Source: Octopus vulgaris (lineage: Eukaryota). From it: 64,000 nt of DNA. Each line of letters starts with the position of its first letter. Position 1 is the first letter of the stretch. Shown here piece after piece: positions 24,307 to 39,029 of this stretch. The stretch covers positions 45,942,001-46,006,000 of the forward strand of contig OX597827.1 of the NCBI GenBank assembly GCA_951406725.2, read 5' to 3'. The notes below the pieces were generated by a model that saw only the letters and a list, made by a program, of their open reading frames with translations, made no database searches and had not been told where the DNA came from. The position numbers were made by a program, and so were the translations under genes.

Positions 24307-25081
24307 CACATCACACACATACATACATTCATACAAACCTCCTGCATGCCCCCCCCCACAAATTTCTTTGACAAATTCTATTAAGGAAACCAGACAAGTT
24401 TTGTAAGAGTCACTGCTTTTCATTCTTTTTTTTAAAAAAAGCAAATATAGGTATATTTTATGAGTTCGCTTTTGCATGTGTGTGTGTGTGTGTGTATAGG
24501 CGTATGTGTGTGTTTGTGTGTGTGTATAGGTGTATGTGTGTGTTTGTGTGTATGTGCGCACATTCCACAAAAGTTATACACCCTATCCGAAACTTTACTC
24601 AACTGATGCTGGTGGAGGTGGTGGTGGTGAAAAGAAAGAAGAAGGGGAGGCAGGGAAAGTAAGGAGGGTTACAAATGAATCATTATAAGTATCAGACTTT
24701 TTAAGAGGGGGAATGAGGTGTGTTTAAAAAAACAGAAACACAACTAAAATATAGAATACACACACACACACACAGATATATGTCTATGCACTTGTAAAAG
24801 TAGGTATATATACACCTGGTTGTGCATGTGTTCAGGTGCATGTGAAGCATAAGACCGACTGTTATTGGTGTTACTCAACACTATGAAGAAAAAAAATAAT
24901 AAAAAAATAATAGTTATGGAGTATGTTGCACTGCAAACAAGCTGGTCATCTTTCCTCTCACCATCTTCCTTGTTAAGAATATTTCTCTTTCTCACTCGGT
25001 AGCACATGTACAGACAGATACTAATAAATACTAAAACACAAATGAACTTAAAGAACTACACAACACAGTTTTCTACATACA

Positions 25082-25945
25082 TTGTTGTGGCACTCTGTCG
25101 GTTACAACGACAAGGGTTCCAGTTGATCCGATCAACGGAAGAGCCTGCTCGTGAAACTAATGTGCAAGTGGCTGAGCACTCCACAGACACGTGTACTGTT
25201 AACGTAGTTTCTCGGGGAGATTCAGCGTGACACAGAGTGTGACAAGGCTGACCCCTTCAAAATACAGATACAACAGAAACAGGAAGAAAGAGTGAGAGAA
25301 AGTTGTGGTGAAAGAGTACAGTAGGGTTTGCCACCACCCCCTGCTGGAGCCTCATGGAGCTTTAGATGTTTTTGCTCAATAAACACTCACAACACCCAGT
25401 CTGGGAATCGAAACTGCAACCTTACGGCCACAAGCTTTGGCATTATGTCATGGTTGAGAAGAAGACACATCAAGCCAAGCAAAATCACAGTCATGGCAGA
25501 TACTGGTGTCACACAAATGCCACCTGTGCCAATGGAACGTAAAAGCAACCATTACACTCTTGGAGTGGTTGACATTAGGAAGGGTATCCAGTCATAGAAA
25601 ACCATGTCAAATCAGACTGGAGCCTGGCGCGGCCTTCCAGCATGCCAGTCCAGTCAAACTGTCCAACCCATGCCAACATGGACAACGGATGTTAAATGAT
25701 GATGATGATGATGATGAAGGCAGAATCATTAGCATGCTGAGAAGAAATGCTTAACAGTATTTCATCTGCCGCTATGTTTTGAGTTCAAATTCCACCAAGG
25801 TCAACTTTGCCTTTCATCTTTTTGGGGTCAATTAAACAAGCACCAGTTACGCACTGGGGCTCAATGTAATCGACTTAATCCCTTCCCCTAAATTTGAGGC
25901 CTTGTGATTCCAGTAGAAAAGATTACTATTATTATTATTATTATT
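25082..25945. mobile_element. Adjacent SINEs: family D (-, 25082-25432), family C (+, about 25440-25715), family B (+, 25717-25945)
   Basis: Diagnostic blocks of each family, with (GAT)n and (ATT)n tails. Confidence 0.8.
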
Positions 25946-26286
25946 ATTATTATTATCACGTTGTAGTAGAAGACTGACTTCACCTGTCTTCCTTCCAACA
26001 ATGAGGTAGTGAGTACCAATAATATGGTAATGTCAGGTCGATTGACTTGCACTCGAACCGTACACATTTGTGGCAATCTGCCAATGGAAAGCCAACATCA
26101 TTTACACCATTATTTATGCTCTGAGTTCAAATTCCTCCAAGGTTGAATTTGCCTTTAATACTTTCGGTGGGGTCAATAAAATAGCCACCAGTCAAGCAAT
26201 GGGGTTCTGTGTAATTGACTTAATCCTCTCCCCAACATGTCAGAACTACAACTACTACTACTACTACTACTACTGTTATTATTCGT

Positions 26287-26650
26287 TTATCCTTTTACTT
26301 GTTTCAGCCATTTGACTGCAGCCATGCTGGAGCACCACCTTTAGTTGAACGAATTGACCCCAGGACTTATTCTTTGTAAGCCTAGTACTTATTCTATTAA
26401 TCTCTTTTGCCAAACCGCTAAGTTATGGGGACATCGCTCGGTTGTCAAATGATGTTGGGGGGACAAACACAGACACACAAACATACACACACACATATGA
26501 CGGGCTTCTTTCAGTTTCCGTCTACCAAATCCACTCACAAGTCTTTGGTCAGCCCGTGGTTACAGTAGAAGACACTTGCCCAAGGTGCCATGCAGTGGGA
26601 CTGAACTCAGAACCATGTAGTTGGTAAGCAAGCTACTTACCACACAGCCT
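26287..26650 (-). mobile_element. SINE family A
   Basis: Collinear with 1183-1601. Confidence 0.85.
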
Positions 26651-26981
26651 TGTATTAGTAGCAGCAGTAGCAATGGTGGTGGTAGTAGTGATGGTAATAG
26701 TTGTACCAGTAGTGGTGGTGGTAGTGGTGATAGTAGATGTAACGATAGTACTAAAAGTAACAATGGTTTAGTAGTAGTAATGGTTTGGTGATGGTGGAAT
26801 GTGGTGGTACTGGTATTGGCCTCACATTACCACAGACTGATATTTTAATATTTGCCTGTTCCAGATTTATGACAATAAATGGTTATTGATTTAGTCTTAG
26901 CCATTATTTGGCTATTTTTCCTCAATGAAAATTTCAAAAAGAAACCATTTGAAATTTTTGGTTGGTTGTTTCTTTTATTTT

Positions 26982-27034
<53 letters not shown>

Positions 27035-27584
27035 ATTTATTTGTCTTTAGATGCCAGAATAAAATATTGCAATTGAAAGGTGTCAACAATTTCAATGAAC
27101 GAAACTTGTCTAGATCATCATCATCATCATCATTATCATCATCATCATCACTATCAACATCATCATTATCATCACTATCAACATCATCATTATCATCATC
27201 AATCTTCATTTTCTTTTATCAACAGGCTTTCTTAGATTTATTTATTCTTTTCTATTTTTCAGTTATTTTGGTGAAAAAACCATTTTTCTTTTTCTTTTTT
27301 TCTACGATGCCACAACACAGGATAGAAGCTATTTACTTTGGGGTGTCTGAGTTAAATCTGGGTGGACAGCCAAGTGAGGAAACATCTACCAATTCCATGA
27401 CAGTACCATGATAGCTAAGAACCATTGGCAAAAATGCATATGAACCAAGACTGGCTCCTGGTACTTATATTAGGACACACAATTTTCAAAACTCGAAGCT
27501 ATGAAACCAAAGAATACATGTAACATGTATGTACCCTTGTTTCAGGTGTTTTGCATAAAAAACGAAAAAGTTTTATTAAAATCT

Positions 27585-27890
27585 GATTTAGTGGATAGGA
27601 TATTCAGCTCATGATCATAAAGCTGTGAGTTTAATTTCCAGCAGGGTATTGTGTCCTTGAGCAAGACTCTTTATTTCACGTTGCTCCAGTCCAGTCAGCT
27701 GGCAAAAATGAGTTGTACCTGTAATTCCAAGGGCCAGCCTTAGCACATTGTGTGTCAAGCTGAATCTCATAGAGAACTACATTAAGAGTACTCATGTCTG
27801 TGGAGTGTTCAACCACCTGTATATTAATTTTATGAGCTGGCTGTTCTGTTGACTGAATCATCTGGAACCCTCATCATCATAAACAGAGAA
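27585..27890 (+). mobile_element. SINE family D, diverged
   Basis: tttcacgttgctccagtccagtcagctggc...gagaactacattaagag...tctggaaccctc. Confidence 0.75.
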
Positions 27891-27905
27891 CCTGTTTATA
27901 CATGT

Positions 27906-27967
<62 letters not shown>

Positions 27968-29030
27968 ATGTGTGTAAGGAATTTCAATAGGGCAAGGGTC
28001 AAAAAGCTCTTACAAAACATAGACAGCAAGCTAAGAAAAGTCTTAACATCTACGTATCAAACAGAAAAAACAAAAACTTAGTTTATCAATATATTATAAA
28101 TTGCCCCATTGCCCCAAATAATGCAGAGATCAGTGAGTAAGCATGATAAAGCTGAATGGTTAATGGTTAACAAGCTCACTTGGCAACCATGAGGCCCTGG
28201 GTTCGAATCCACAGTGTGACAATTGGGGCAAATGTCATTTCCTATAGCCTTGGGCCAACCCATACCTAATGAGTGCAACTGGGTAGATGGGAACTGCACT
28301 AAAGCCTGCTGGGTGGATTGTTGTATCTAGAGTTCAAAAGGTACAGCCTTGTCACGTGCTGTGTCACACTGATTTTGCTTCAGAAACCCATCAAGTAGCT
28401 GAGCATTCCATTTGTGTCTGAGAGGAATACATGGACTAAACTTCTACAAGATGATGATCGCCACAAAATGAACTTACCCAACAAAACAGAACTACCCCCA
28501 CAAGATAGGATAGCTTCATAAAATAGATTTACCCCAGGAGGTTGATTTCCCCCTACAATATGGGATGTCTTGTGGAGCAAATCCATGTTATGGGTTTTCT
28601 CCATTAAATGGATTTGCCCAGATCATGGATGGCCAATCACCGTTATCATCATCATTTAACAGGAGCTGGTAAGCTGGCAAACTGCACCAGGTTCCTTTAC
28701 AAAAAAACATCAGAAAACAATCAATCAAAGGTACTGTTTCTTGTTGTTGTTATTGTTGTCATGGTCGCACCAACAGAAGTAGTTTGCGTGTTGTTTTCTC
28801 CATGTTGTTATTGTTACACAGCCTCAATACAAGTTCAATATTGCCATTCAAGTTGAAGTGGAAGAATGGTTTCAACTGAAATTGACTTAAGATTCCGAAA
28901 CTTCCGGAGAAAACTTGACCACAAGGATTATATGCCTGGAGCCAAATGTAAGGAGAGCAATTTGCATTCTATTTGTTGGAATACGGTTCAAAAACACTGC
29001 TACATTGAAAACAGAAGTACTTCTGGACCC

Positions 29031-29080
<50 letters not shown>

Positions 29081-29215
29081 CAAGTCATTGCTTGCTTATT
29101 TAAACACTTAAATATATTGTTATCTCCTCAGCTTTTGAGGTGTTACGATTTAATTAAAGGAAAAAAAGAGAAAATCATTGCCAACCACTTCAGATCTGGT
29201 GTGCATCATAACAGA

Positions 29216-29252
<37 letters not shown>

Positions 29253-29417
29253 TTTACATAGCAACAAGACAAACAACATATTCACTCATCTCACTCTTAG
29301 AAAAATGCTGAAGTATTCCATATATACATACATATACATATAAATGTGTGTGTATATATACATATATATATACATGAATGTATATACTCATACATTCATA
29401 TGCACATGCACACACTC

Positions 29418-29451
<34 letters not shown>

Positions 29452-30496
29452 GCACATTGCTTTTTATGAAGAGATGCCAGCTGTGATGGTAAGAATCGTT
29501 GACAAATTAAACAATGCTGTTCTCCAGCTGCAGTTGTTTTTAGCATTTCCCAAACCAGACAGATAAATAAACACACACATGTCATAAGCACTATACACAC
29601 ACACACACACACACAAACATGTCATAAGCACTACACACAAACACACGCATACACACACACCCCCACACATGTTATATGTTCATTTCGTAACCATTACATA
29701 AACCTCATCAATTTTACTCTCATAATAAAACCCAGTTTTTACAATATATCTTAATCTTTTATCTTTCATCTTGGTTTCAGTCATTGGACTGCAGCCATCC
29801 TGGGAGGAGGGGGGCTACTGCCTTGAAGAATTTTAGTCAAATCAATCAACCCCTACAACTTTATTTTAAGCCCAGTACTTATTTTATTTCTTTTGAGAGG
29901 TGCAAACACACCAACACCAGTTGTCAAGTGGTAGCAGGGGACACATGTACATCACAGGCTTCTTTCAGTTTCCATTTACCAAATCCACTCATATGGCTTT
30001 GGTCAGTCCAAGGCTATTGTACACGACACTTGTCCAAGGTGCCATGTTGTGGGATTGAAACCAGAGCCATGTGGTTGGGAAGCAAACTTATCATACAACC
30101 ACACCTGCACTTCAAACATTTTCTTTTTATTACTCGGTCAGAAAAGCCCTTGACCACCTTGACCTTTGTAGAACCACCAAGACTCATGGGCCACTGCAGA
30201 AGGATGCTGTCCATTAAGACATCACTTATGCTCAAAGCCTAGATCTCACCTGAGAATACTTACAATAAAATGGATACAGCTAAAAGCATCTAAAAGCAAA
30301 GATGTAATTAATGGTGGTACTAAAACGGGTAAAATGGTAAAATGTCATGTAGGTTTAATTTTGCTTTAGATTTTGATTTTCTATAAACAATGATGATGAT
30401 GATGATGATGATGATGATGTATAACTTCACATTTTGAAACACTGCATCATCTCTGAGGTCAATAAAATAAAGTATTGGTCAAGGATTGAAATTGAT

Positions 30497-30722
30497 CTAA
30501 CAGTTTAGCATTTAAAACAGCCATATCTAGCCCAAATATTCTATCTGTTTTAAGGTCAAACTGGCCTGATCTAGCCTCTCACGTCTACCCTACAACATCA
30601 TTTTAAAAATAATCTATCAGATCGTCAAAATCTTGAGGTTATCAGATAAATGCAGGGTCAATTCAAAACAAGGTGAAATAAATAGGCATCTACCGAAGTA
30701 AACCAAATGCTACTGGGTTAAC
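30497..30722. mobile_element. Second piggyBac-type MITE family, degenerate
   Basis: Ends taacagtttagcattt / aaatgctactgggttaa. Related pieces at about 8420-8670 and 47986-48165. Confidence 0.5.
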
Positions 30723-32211
30723 CACACAGACATGCCTATGCACTTCTCTAAAAAACTGAAAGTTTGGTTTCAGATCAAACCTTCCTGAGGTTGTCTTCGA
30801 CTTTCATATACTCAGAGTCAATAACAAAATAATGGAGCTGATTTAATTAATTAAATCATCACACAAAAAAAAAAAAAGGCGGTAGAGCATCGTCTCTGTG
30901 CTGATGTTCGAAGCGACCATTGTTTTTAACTGGTCTGGCTCTCTGTCAATGACAATGTTCCAGTTGATCTGATCAATGGAAACAGCCCACTCCAAGTGGC
31001 TGAGTACACCACACAGACACAGACACACACACACACACACACACACACCCTTAATGTAGTTCTCAAGGAGAATCAGCGTGAGCCAGAATTTGATAAGGTT
31101 GGCTCTTTGAATTACAGCTTACAACTCATTTCTGTCAGCTGAGAGAACTGGAGCAATGTGAAATAAAATGTCTTGCTCAAGGGCAGAACTTGTTGCTGGG
31201 AATTGAACTCATGACCTTATGATTGCAAGTCGAATGCCCTAACCACTAAGCCATGTGCTTTTTATTAAGTACTATGGGAGGGGTGGGTGGCTCAAAAGTA
31301 TTGCCCACTCTCCCTCCCTTCAAAGTTTGAACCTAAATCATCATCATCATCAAGGTAGTAATAATCAGAATCATTAGCAAGTCAGACAAAATGTTCAGTG
31401 GTACTTCTTCCAGCTCTTTATGTTCTGAGTTCAAATCCTGCTGAGGCCAACTTTATCTTTCATCTTCCCAGAGGAAGGGGGGGGGGCTTAAATAAAGAAC
31501 CAGTCAAGTACCAGAGTAGATATAATCAACTTGCCCGCCCGCTTCCCTCAAAATTGTTAGTTCTGTGCCAAAATTAGAAAGAATTATTATTATTATTATC
31601 ATTATTATCATTATTATTGCTACTTAATACTGAGATCGATGGCATCGACTACTCCCCTTTGCCTCAAAATTGCTGGCTTTATGTCAAAATTTGAAACCAT
31701 TATAACAACAAAAATAATAATAATAATAATAATAATTATTAGAATCAGTGTGAGTATTATTACTACAATTAGAAGTACTTGTGATGATGATGATGATGTA
31801 TCTATAGCTGCAGTTGTTGTTAATTAAAGAAGGAAACACAGAGTAATGGAACGGAAAAGCAAACAGAAAGAAACAGAGATCAATAGATAGATAGATAGAT
31901 AGATACATACATACATACATAGATAGATAGACAGATAAGATAGATAGGCAGATAGATAGATAGAGAGGGGTGAGAAGGGAAGGAAAGGAAACATTTCCAA
32001 TTGTTAATATACGGATTCTGGAATTTGTCCTTCTAAAGTAATTAAGTGTTTCATATTCATAACGACCTTTCAATAATTAACCATTAACCAAGGCTGACTC
32101 CTCGCCAACGCTATATCAGATTTCTTCACAACGGTGCTACAATGACAATGATGAGGACCACAATCACAACAACACCACCGACACCAACAACAACAACAAC
32201 ACCACCGACAC

Positions 32212-32242
<31 letters not shown>

Positions 32243-32814
32243 AACCAGCACCACAACAGGAGCAAGCCATCACCGCCACCACCACCGCCACAACCACCAC
32301 AACAAATCGGAATATGTCTCTGATTTCAATAGAGGCTAAGGGGGTGGGGTGGGCAGGTGGTTAAACTGTGGAGAGGTGACGAAGGGGGACGGGAAGATGG
32401 GTTGCATATTCAAGATGAAACGGAATAACAAACAAAAACAAAAAAGAAAACTCCCCAGCAACTAAACTATTCATTATTGTCTCCCTTTATAATGTTTACA
32501 AAACTTGTCAATGGAGAAACAAGACTCTGCTGGAATGCATATACACTTAAACATATATATATATATATATATATGTATACATGCATACACACATTCTCAG
32601 TCATCCTCTTTTTACCACCCCCGCTTTCTCTCTCTCTCTCTCTCTCGTAGGCACTCCATGCCAGTTCTGAGACTGATTAGAATCAAGGACTTGTGACGCT
32701 GCATTAATATTGATGCTTTATCCAGACATGTCTTCTCCTAAACCTCATACTCCGTAAGCACATTCCTCCTCTTTGTACCCCCTCATACACACACACACAC
32801 ACATTGTTTCTGCT

Positions 32815-33170
32815 TTTAAGATGAAGAAGATAGAACAATGATTGGCGACGATAGAAAGGGCGGTGGAAAGACCCATGCTACGAATATCATCATGAGAGCA
32901 TATTCAAAATGCATCACTCACGAATGGAGCGGAGTGAATGATGTGACTGCAGAATACCAAAAGCGCAGGATCCACTAGGCCAGACATGTCTCAAGGTTCA
33001 CAGACACTTGCAGTTGCCAAGCGGTACCCAAGAGACCAGAAAAGGCCACTTGGAAGGCCTCTACGATGACGAGAGGATGATTAGTTGAACAATTTGGGTC
33101 AAGATGGAAAAGAATGACACAATCGAGAGAGAATTGGATGCACATGGTGACCAACACTGTCTGATGGTCT
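32815..33170 (+). pseudogene. RTE-clade LINE ORF C-terminal remnant
   Basis: Translates with stops and frameshifts as ...IERAVERPMLRIS..EHIQN...SGVNDV...ARHVSRFTD...YPRDQKRPLGRPLR*..D...SRWKRMTQSRENW, matching the RTE motif order ERAMLG..WAGH.AR..PR..KR..GRP..RW.DD..W...AQDR..W. Confidence 0.8.
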
Positions 33171-33196
33171 GGTCAATATTGCAACACTGTGATAGG

Positions 33197-33604
33197 TGTA
33201 GGTATGGCCATGTGGTAAGAAGCTTGTGTGGTAAGGCGGCAAGCTGGTAGAAATGTTAGCACACCAGGCGAAATGCTTTATGGTATTTCGTCCACTGCTG
33301 TGTTCTGAGTTCGAGTTCCGCCGAGGTCGACTTTGTCTTTCATCCTTTCGGGGGCGATAAATTAAGTACCAGTTATGCAGTGGGTTCAATGTAATCGACT
33401 TAATCTGTTTGTCTGTCCTTGTTTGTCTCCTCTATGTTTAGCCCATTGTGGGCAATAAAGAAATAAGAAGCTTGCTTCCCCACCACATGGTTCCTGGTTC
33501 AGTCCCACTGCATGATACCTTAGGCAAGTGTCTTCTACTATAGCTTCGGGCCAACCAAAGCCTTGTGAGTAGATTTGGTAGCCGGAAACTGAAAGAAGCC
33601 CATC

Positions 33605-33654
<50 letters not shown>

Positions 33655-33860
33655 CTTTGTGTGTCTGTGCTTGTTTCCTCACCACCACCACCCTGCCATC
33701 GCTTGACAACCGATGCTAGTGTGTTTATGTCCCCATAACTTAGCGGTTCAGCAGTACTAGACTTACAAAGAATAAGTGCTGGGGTCAGTTCATTCGACTA
33801 AAAGTGGTGTTTCAGCATGGCCAAAGTCAAATGACTGAAACCAGTAAAAGAATTAAAGAA
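33197..33860 (+). mobile_element. SINE family A with nested family B copy (33227-33463) and 11-bp TSD
   Basis: TSD taagaagcttg at 33216-33226 and 33464-33474. Confidence 0.85.
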
Positions 33861-34602
33861 TATACATACATACAAGACCCCACATACACATTCACTCTCA
33901 CATTTACACACTCTTATCCAAACACTACCACACACACACACACACACACACAATACACACAAGCACGGTGCTTGTGTCTGTCTCAAGTGATACTCTCAAC
34001 AGAAGCGACTGAGAGTGGTTGATGTCAAGGACATGATGAACAGCAGTGTTAGCACAATCTTATCCGTTCCAACACTCACCCTCTTTCATATACACACTCA
34101 TAAGTATTTATACATGAAGAACTGCAAGTATTTAGACATTTCTGTGCAGATCTGCATATTTGTTTGTGTTCATATTTAACTGAATGTCAATACACAAAGA
34201 AGCTTCATGTATGCATAAAATTAAATTCAAGTGTACAAAAACAAAACATGTGTATGGCTGTGCATGTTAATATATGTGTCTGTGGGGGAGGTTCTAAGTC
34301 TATCTGTACATGTGTCTGTAAAGTATGTGTATGTGTATAGATGGAATATATGTACATGTCACTTCATGTGTGTGTGCATATGCATATGACAGCACATTTG
34401 TGAATATGACTGTGTGTGTGTGTGCTTATGATTTTGTCTGAGTGTGTGTGTATGCATATTGTTGAATTTGTGTGTGTGTATGGTTGAAGATTCATATGTG
34501 TCTGTGTATACATCCTAAGTCTTAAGCACATTTGCTTACGGTGTATATTTTGATAACAGCCAGTAATGGCCACAATGGCTTAGTGACCAATATATATATA
34601 TA

Positions 34603-34672
34603 TATTTAGCTTAATGGTTCAGAGCACCACGAAGCGTAATCACGGAGGTGTGAGTTCGAGTCTCATAGCCAG
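34603..34672 (+). pseudogene. tRNA-like remnant (tRNA pseudogene or SINE head)
   Basis: A box tagcttaatggtt and T arm gtgag-ttcgagt-ctcat are present; acceptor and anticodon stems are broken. Confidence 0.45.
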
Positions 34673-34851
34673 CTGCCAACACTTTTTTCCGCAAAATAGG
34701 GGTAGCTTATCCTGTTCAGGTTATATTATTAGCATTATCCTGCGTTTGAGAATTTAAAATCACTTCTTTAACTTTCTAAGACATCTCAATGCTTCTAAAG
34801 CAAACTTCGTTAGCTTGTTTACGTTCATCATAATTTCAATTTATATATATA

Positions 34852-35238
34852 CTAGCAGTATCGCCCGGCGTTGCTCAGGTTTGTAAGGGAAATAACTATA
34901 AAGCATTTTTAGAGAGTTATAGCCAAAAAATAGCAAAAAAATGGGAAAAAATGATGGTAAATTTTTTTTTTTAGTTAAAAAAGGTGGAGTTGCGTCCCCT
35001 AGACAGTTTGCGGTTTGTGTTTCTGATTCTCGACCCCATGTCGAATGTATCGATTTTTTTCAGAACTGGGGGAACTTTTCAAAATTTTCGCTGCGTTAGT
35101 TTTGAATTATGACATTGGGCTATGTGTGTGTCAAGTTTCATCAGAATCGGTTGAAAGCCGTGGTCAGAGTGAGGGTACGAGAAAACAGACACACAGAAAC
35201 ACGCACAGACAAACTGCCGTTTATATATATAGAGAAGA
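34852..35238 (-). mobile_element. Non-autonomous Helitron (387 bp)
   Basis: Minus strand begins A|TC-ttctctatatatataa and ends cctgagcaacgccggg (hairpin)-cgatactg-CTAG|T; inserted in an AT dinucleotide with no TSD. Confidence 0.85.
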
Positions 35239-35421
35239 TATCATGTTTGTTTTCATGACAAACTACACTAAAAATAATTTTACATTAAACTGAAAGATTT
35301 CTCAATACTTTTTGCAAAAAAAAAACAAAAAAAAAACATTATATTTTCATGATGACAATGACTTTGCAATTTCAGAGACTTCAATGAAGGTCAAGATTTC
35401 AAAGTCACTGTCACCACTCTT

Positions 35422-35460
<39 letters not shown>

Positions 35461-35759
35461 GTGGTGGTTGTCTCCTTATGCAGAGTTTGACCACCTCCTG
35501 TACCTATACCTTAGAACCATTATAGCATCTGATGTGACTTTTTAAAACAATGTTTTGAAAACACACCCATACACACATATAATATATATATACATACACA
35601 TACATATGTACCTATATGCAGGGTGTAGTGAGTAAACTGTTGTCTAAATTACACAAAAATGAAAATAACACTGACATCTCATTTTTACAGATATATTTAC
35701 CAAAATTACATAAAAATATCTTGAAATACTAAAAAGTAAATTCATTCAATAAATTTGTC

Positions 35760-36197
35760 ATTGGTTTCAACCACAGCTTCCTACAACTCTTTTGGGCAGT
35801 CTCCTTGTTTAGGTTGATAAATGCTGCTGTACTCCTTGCCTTCAGTTCATCTTTGGTGTCAGAAGGAGTTTTGTTGGTCTCTCACTCAACTGCACCCCAC
35901 ACATAATCAAAGAGGTTGCAGTCTGGTGAGTTAGGTGGCCAGATGTTAGGGGTGATGTAATTGCAGAAATTGTCTGACAGCCATGACTGGATTCTCCTGC
36001 TTGTGTAGCATGATGCAGAGTCCTGTTGCCAGACATAGGATCTTCCAGCAGCCACCCTCTTGACCCAGGTTGACACTACCTCCTCCAGGCACTTGATGTA
36101 GGCCTCCGTTTTGAGTTTGAGGCCATGTAGGAAGATGAATGGAGGCATAACATCACCATCACTAGTGATCACTCCAAACACCATGATGTTGGCTGGA
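35760..36197 (-). pseudogene. DD37D transposase catalytic-domain fragment
   Basis: MVFGVITSDG...YVWQQDSASCYTS...WPPNSPDCNLFDY; 37 residues lie between the QQD Asp and the final Asp; in-frame stop follows GAVE. Confidence 0.85.
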
Positions 36198-36610
36198 TCA
36201 TCATCATCATTGTTTAACGTCCGCTTTCCATGCTAGCATGGGTTGGACGATTTGATTGAGGACTGGTGAACCAGATGGCTGCACCAGGCTCCAATCTTGA
36301 TCTGGCAGTGTTTCTACAGCTGGATGCCCTTCCTAATGCCAACCACTCCAAGAGTGTAGTGGATGCTTTTACATGCCACCAGCACAAGGGCCAGTCAGGC
36401 GGTACTGGCAACGGCCATGCTCAAATGGTGTTTTTTAAGTGCCACCTGCACAGGAGCCAGTCCAGCGGCAGTGGCAATGACCTCGCTCAAATGTTGTTTT
36501 CCACGTGCCACTGGCATAAGTGCCAGTAAGGCGATGCTGGTAACGATCACGCTCGAATGGTGCTTCTTACATGCCACCGGCACAGAAGCTAGTTAGCTAC
36601 TCTGGCAAGC
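36198..36610 (-). mobile_element. SINE-like family C (about four internal units) inside the maT element
   Basis: (cat)n tail and family C blocks. Another family C copy follows at about 36902-37115. Confidence 0.85.
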
Positions 36611-36649
36611 CAGTTAGCCGCTGTTAGTGTTTTATCACTCTCAGTACAT

Positions 36650-36773
36650 GTCCCCAGATTGCACTGTCCTCAGACTGACACCCAAACACTCTGAATTGTT
36701 TGGAGCATTTGGCACGAATGCCAAGCAGTACAGCATGTTGTTCCCAAATTTCTGGCTGAGTGAATTGCGTCAT
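36650..36773 (-). pseudogene. Transposase N-terminal HTH fragment of the same element
   Basis: MTQFTQPEIWEQHAVLLGIRAKCS, frameshift, then SECLGVSLRTVQ (HTH-like). Confidence 0.6.
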
Positions 36774-37136
36774 GGTGCTGTTTTTCTCACAGACAATGCC
36801 CAAATCAGTCCGGTAGTATCCGCAGTGCTTGAAGTAAGGTGTATTGCACTAGTACTTGACGTCCTGATAATCATTTTGTATTTATATATATATATATATA
36901 TCATCATCATCCTGTAACGTCTGTTTTCCATGCTGGCATGGGTTGGACGGTTTCACTGAGGTCTGGAGAGCCGGCGGCTGCACCAGGCTCCAATCTGATC
37001 TGGCAATGTTTCTACAGCTGGATGCCCTTCCTAATGGCAACCACTCCGAGAGTGTAGTGGGTGCATTTTACGTGCCATCGGCATGGGAGCCAGTCATGGG
37101 GTACTGACAGCGGCCATGTACAGATGATGCTTATAT

Positions 37137-37194
<58 letters not shown>

Positions 37195-37536
37195 GTCAAA
37201 TTTAACTAATTTCTCCATAGAATAGCAAAAACATATTATGAACAGCCTTAATTGATTTCTTTGAACTTCATTTTATTCTCCTCAGAGGTGTTTACATCAA
37301 TTTGACCAATTCCAGAGAAACAAGCAACCAACCTGTTTATATACTTAATCAATCCAGTAACTACAGAGAACCTGGGCTACTGATTTGCATACCATGCTTA
37401 ACACTTTATTTAACATCAGGGGCCAGCCAATAGGCATCCCAGTTCACACAATATCTAGGTATGATATAATAATATATGTAACCTGTGTAGGGCGAATTTA
37501 ACTATTTCTCTGTGTATGTGTGTGTGCGTACATGTG

Positions 37537-37578
<42 letters not shown>

Positions 37579-37587
37579 CACATACAT

Positions 37588-37625
<38 letters not shown>

Positions 37626-38109
37626 TTACAAGCACTTAAGCAAGGCTACATTTTTGCTAATGGCTCGTAATAACAGTGAAACATGTCCAGAATTACTTAG
37701 CAAACTTGCTAACACAACAAGAAGTAAAATAAACTAAGACAGTTCTCATAATATTAATCATCATCAAATATATTTCTTTCACCACACATTTGATTCAGAT
37801 TATATACTTTCAGTGCTGCAAGCATAAAGCAAGTTTCCCACTGACTTCATTATCCCTCGAGACAACTAATGGAGATAAGAGATGAATATTTTCCTAGTCT
37901 ATTGCATATAATACTCCGAGACTGGTGAAATCAATATGGTTTAAGTTCAGCTTGAACATCTGTAAGTTAACAAGCGCAGGAAAAACATGGGCCTGGAGAA
38001 GGGATCTGATGGGGTTGAGTTTCTGAACAAAGAGATAAGTGCATGACCTGGGGTGGGAGGGAGCGTGTGAGAGAGAGAGAGCAAGGAGATTAATGCATGA
38101 CTTGAAAGC

Positions 38110-38147
<38 letters not shown>

Positions 38148-39029
38148 AAGAGAGAGGGGCATATCAGGTAAATTAGTAGAGTTATTAGAGTGCTTGATAG
38201 AATACTGGATGGCATTTGTTCCAACTCTCTGTATCCAGAGTTCAAATCCCATCAAGGACGAGTAGCTTTTATCCTCTAGGGACCTATAAAAAAGGTACCA
38301 CTTCAAGGCAGGATTATGAAGACTGGACTAGATACCTTGTGGTATTTATTCCAGCTGTGTTCTGAGTTAAAATCCCACCAAGATCTAATTGGATGATGGT
38401 AGATAGGCTTAAAATGACACCCAATATAACCCTTTCGATACCAACCAGGCTGAAACTGCCTCTGGCTCTGTAGTACAAATGTCTTGTTTTCATAAGTATT
38501 GAATTTAAATCTTCCACCAAACCTTAGTCACAATCTATGTTCCTAACATTAACTTAATGATAACTAAGTTATTTTACTAAATTCTTTTTCATATTTAAAA
38601 TTAAAATAAGTACTAGGCTTACAAAGAATAAGTCCTGGGGGTCGATTTGCTCGGCTACAGGCGGTGCTCCAGCATGGCCACAGTCAAATGACTGAAACAA
38701 GTAAAACGTTTACACATAAGACTGCAAACAAATGGCACTGTTTATATGATGGTGATGTCCGTTTCCAATGAGCATGTGATGTCAAGACAAAGAGACACAA
38801 AGGCATGCACACACACATAAATGACAGGCTTCTTTCAGTTTCCATTTACCACACCCTCTTACAAGGCATTGGTTGGTCTGGGGTTATAGTAGAGGATACT
38901 TGCCCAAAGCACAATACAGAAGGACTGAACCCTTAATCACAGTGTTGCAAAGCAAACTTCTCAACCCAAACAGCCTTGCCTGCACCTATTAACCTATTTC
39001 ATACTTCCTTCTTGGGACACAAATCTCTA

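Larger units (their letters stand above)
35619..36880 (-). mobile_element. Degraded DD37D (maT) Tc1/mariner transposon with internal deletion and SINE insertion
   Basis: Terminus cagggtg... at 35619; catalytic fragment at about 36197-35760; N-terminal fragment from ATG at 36773; the other TIR was not found. Confidence 0.75.
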
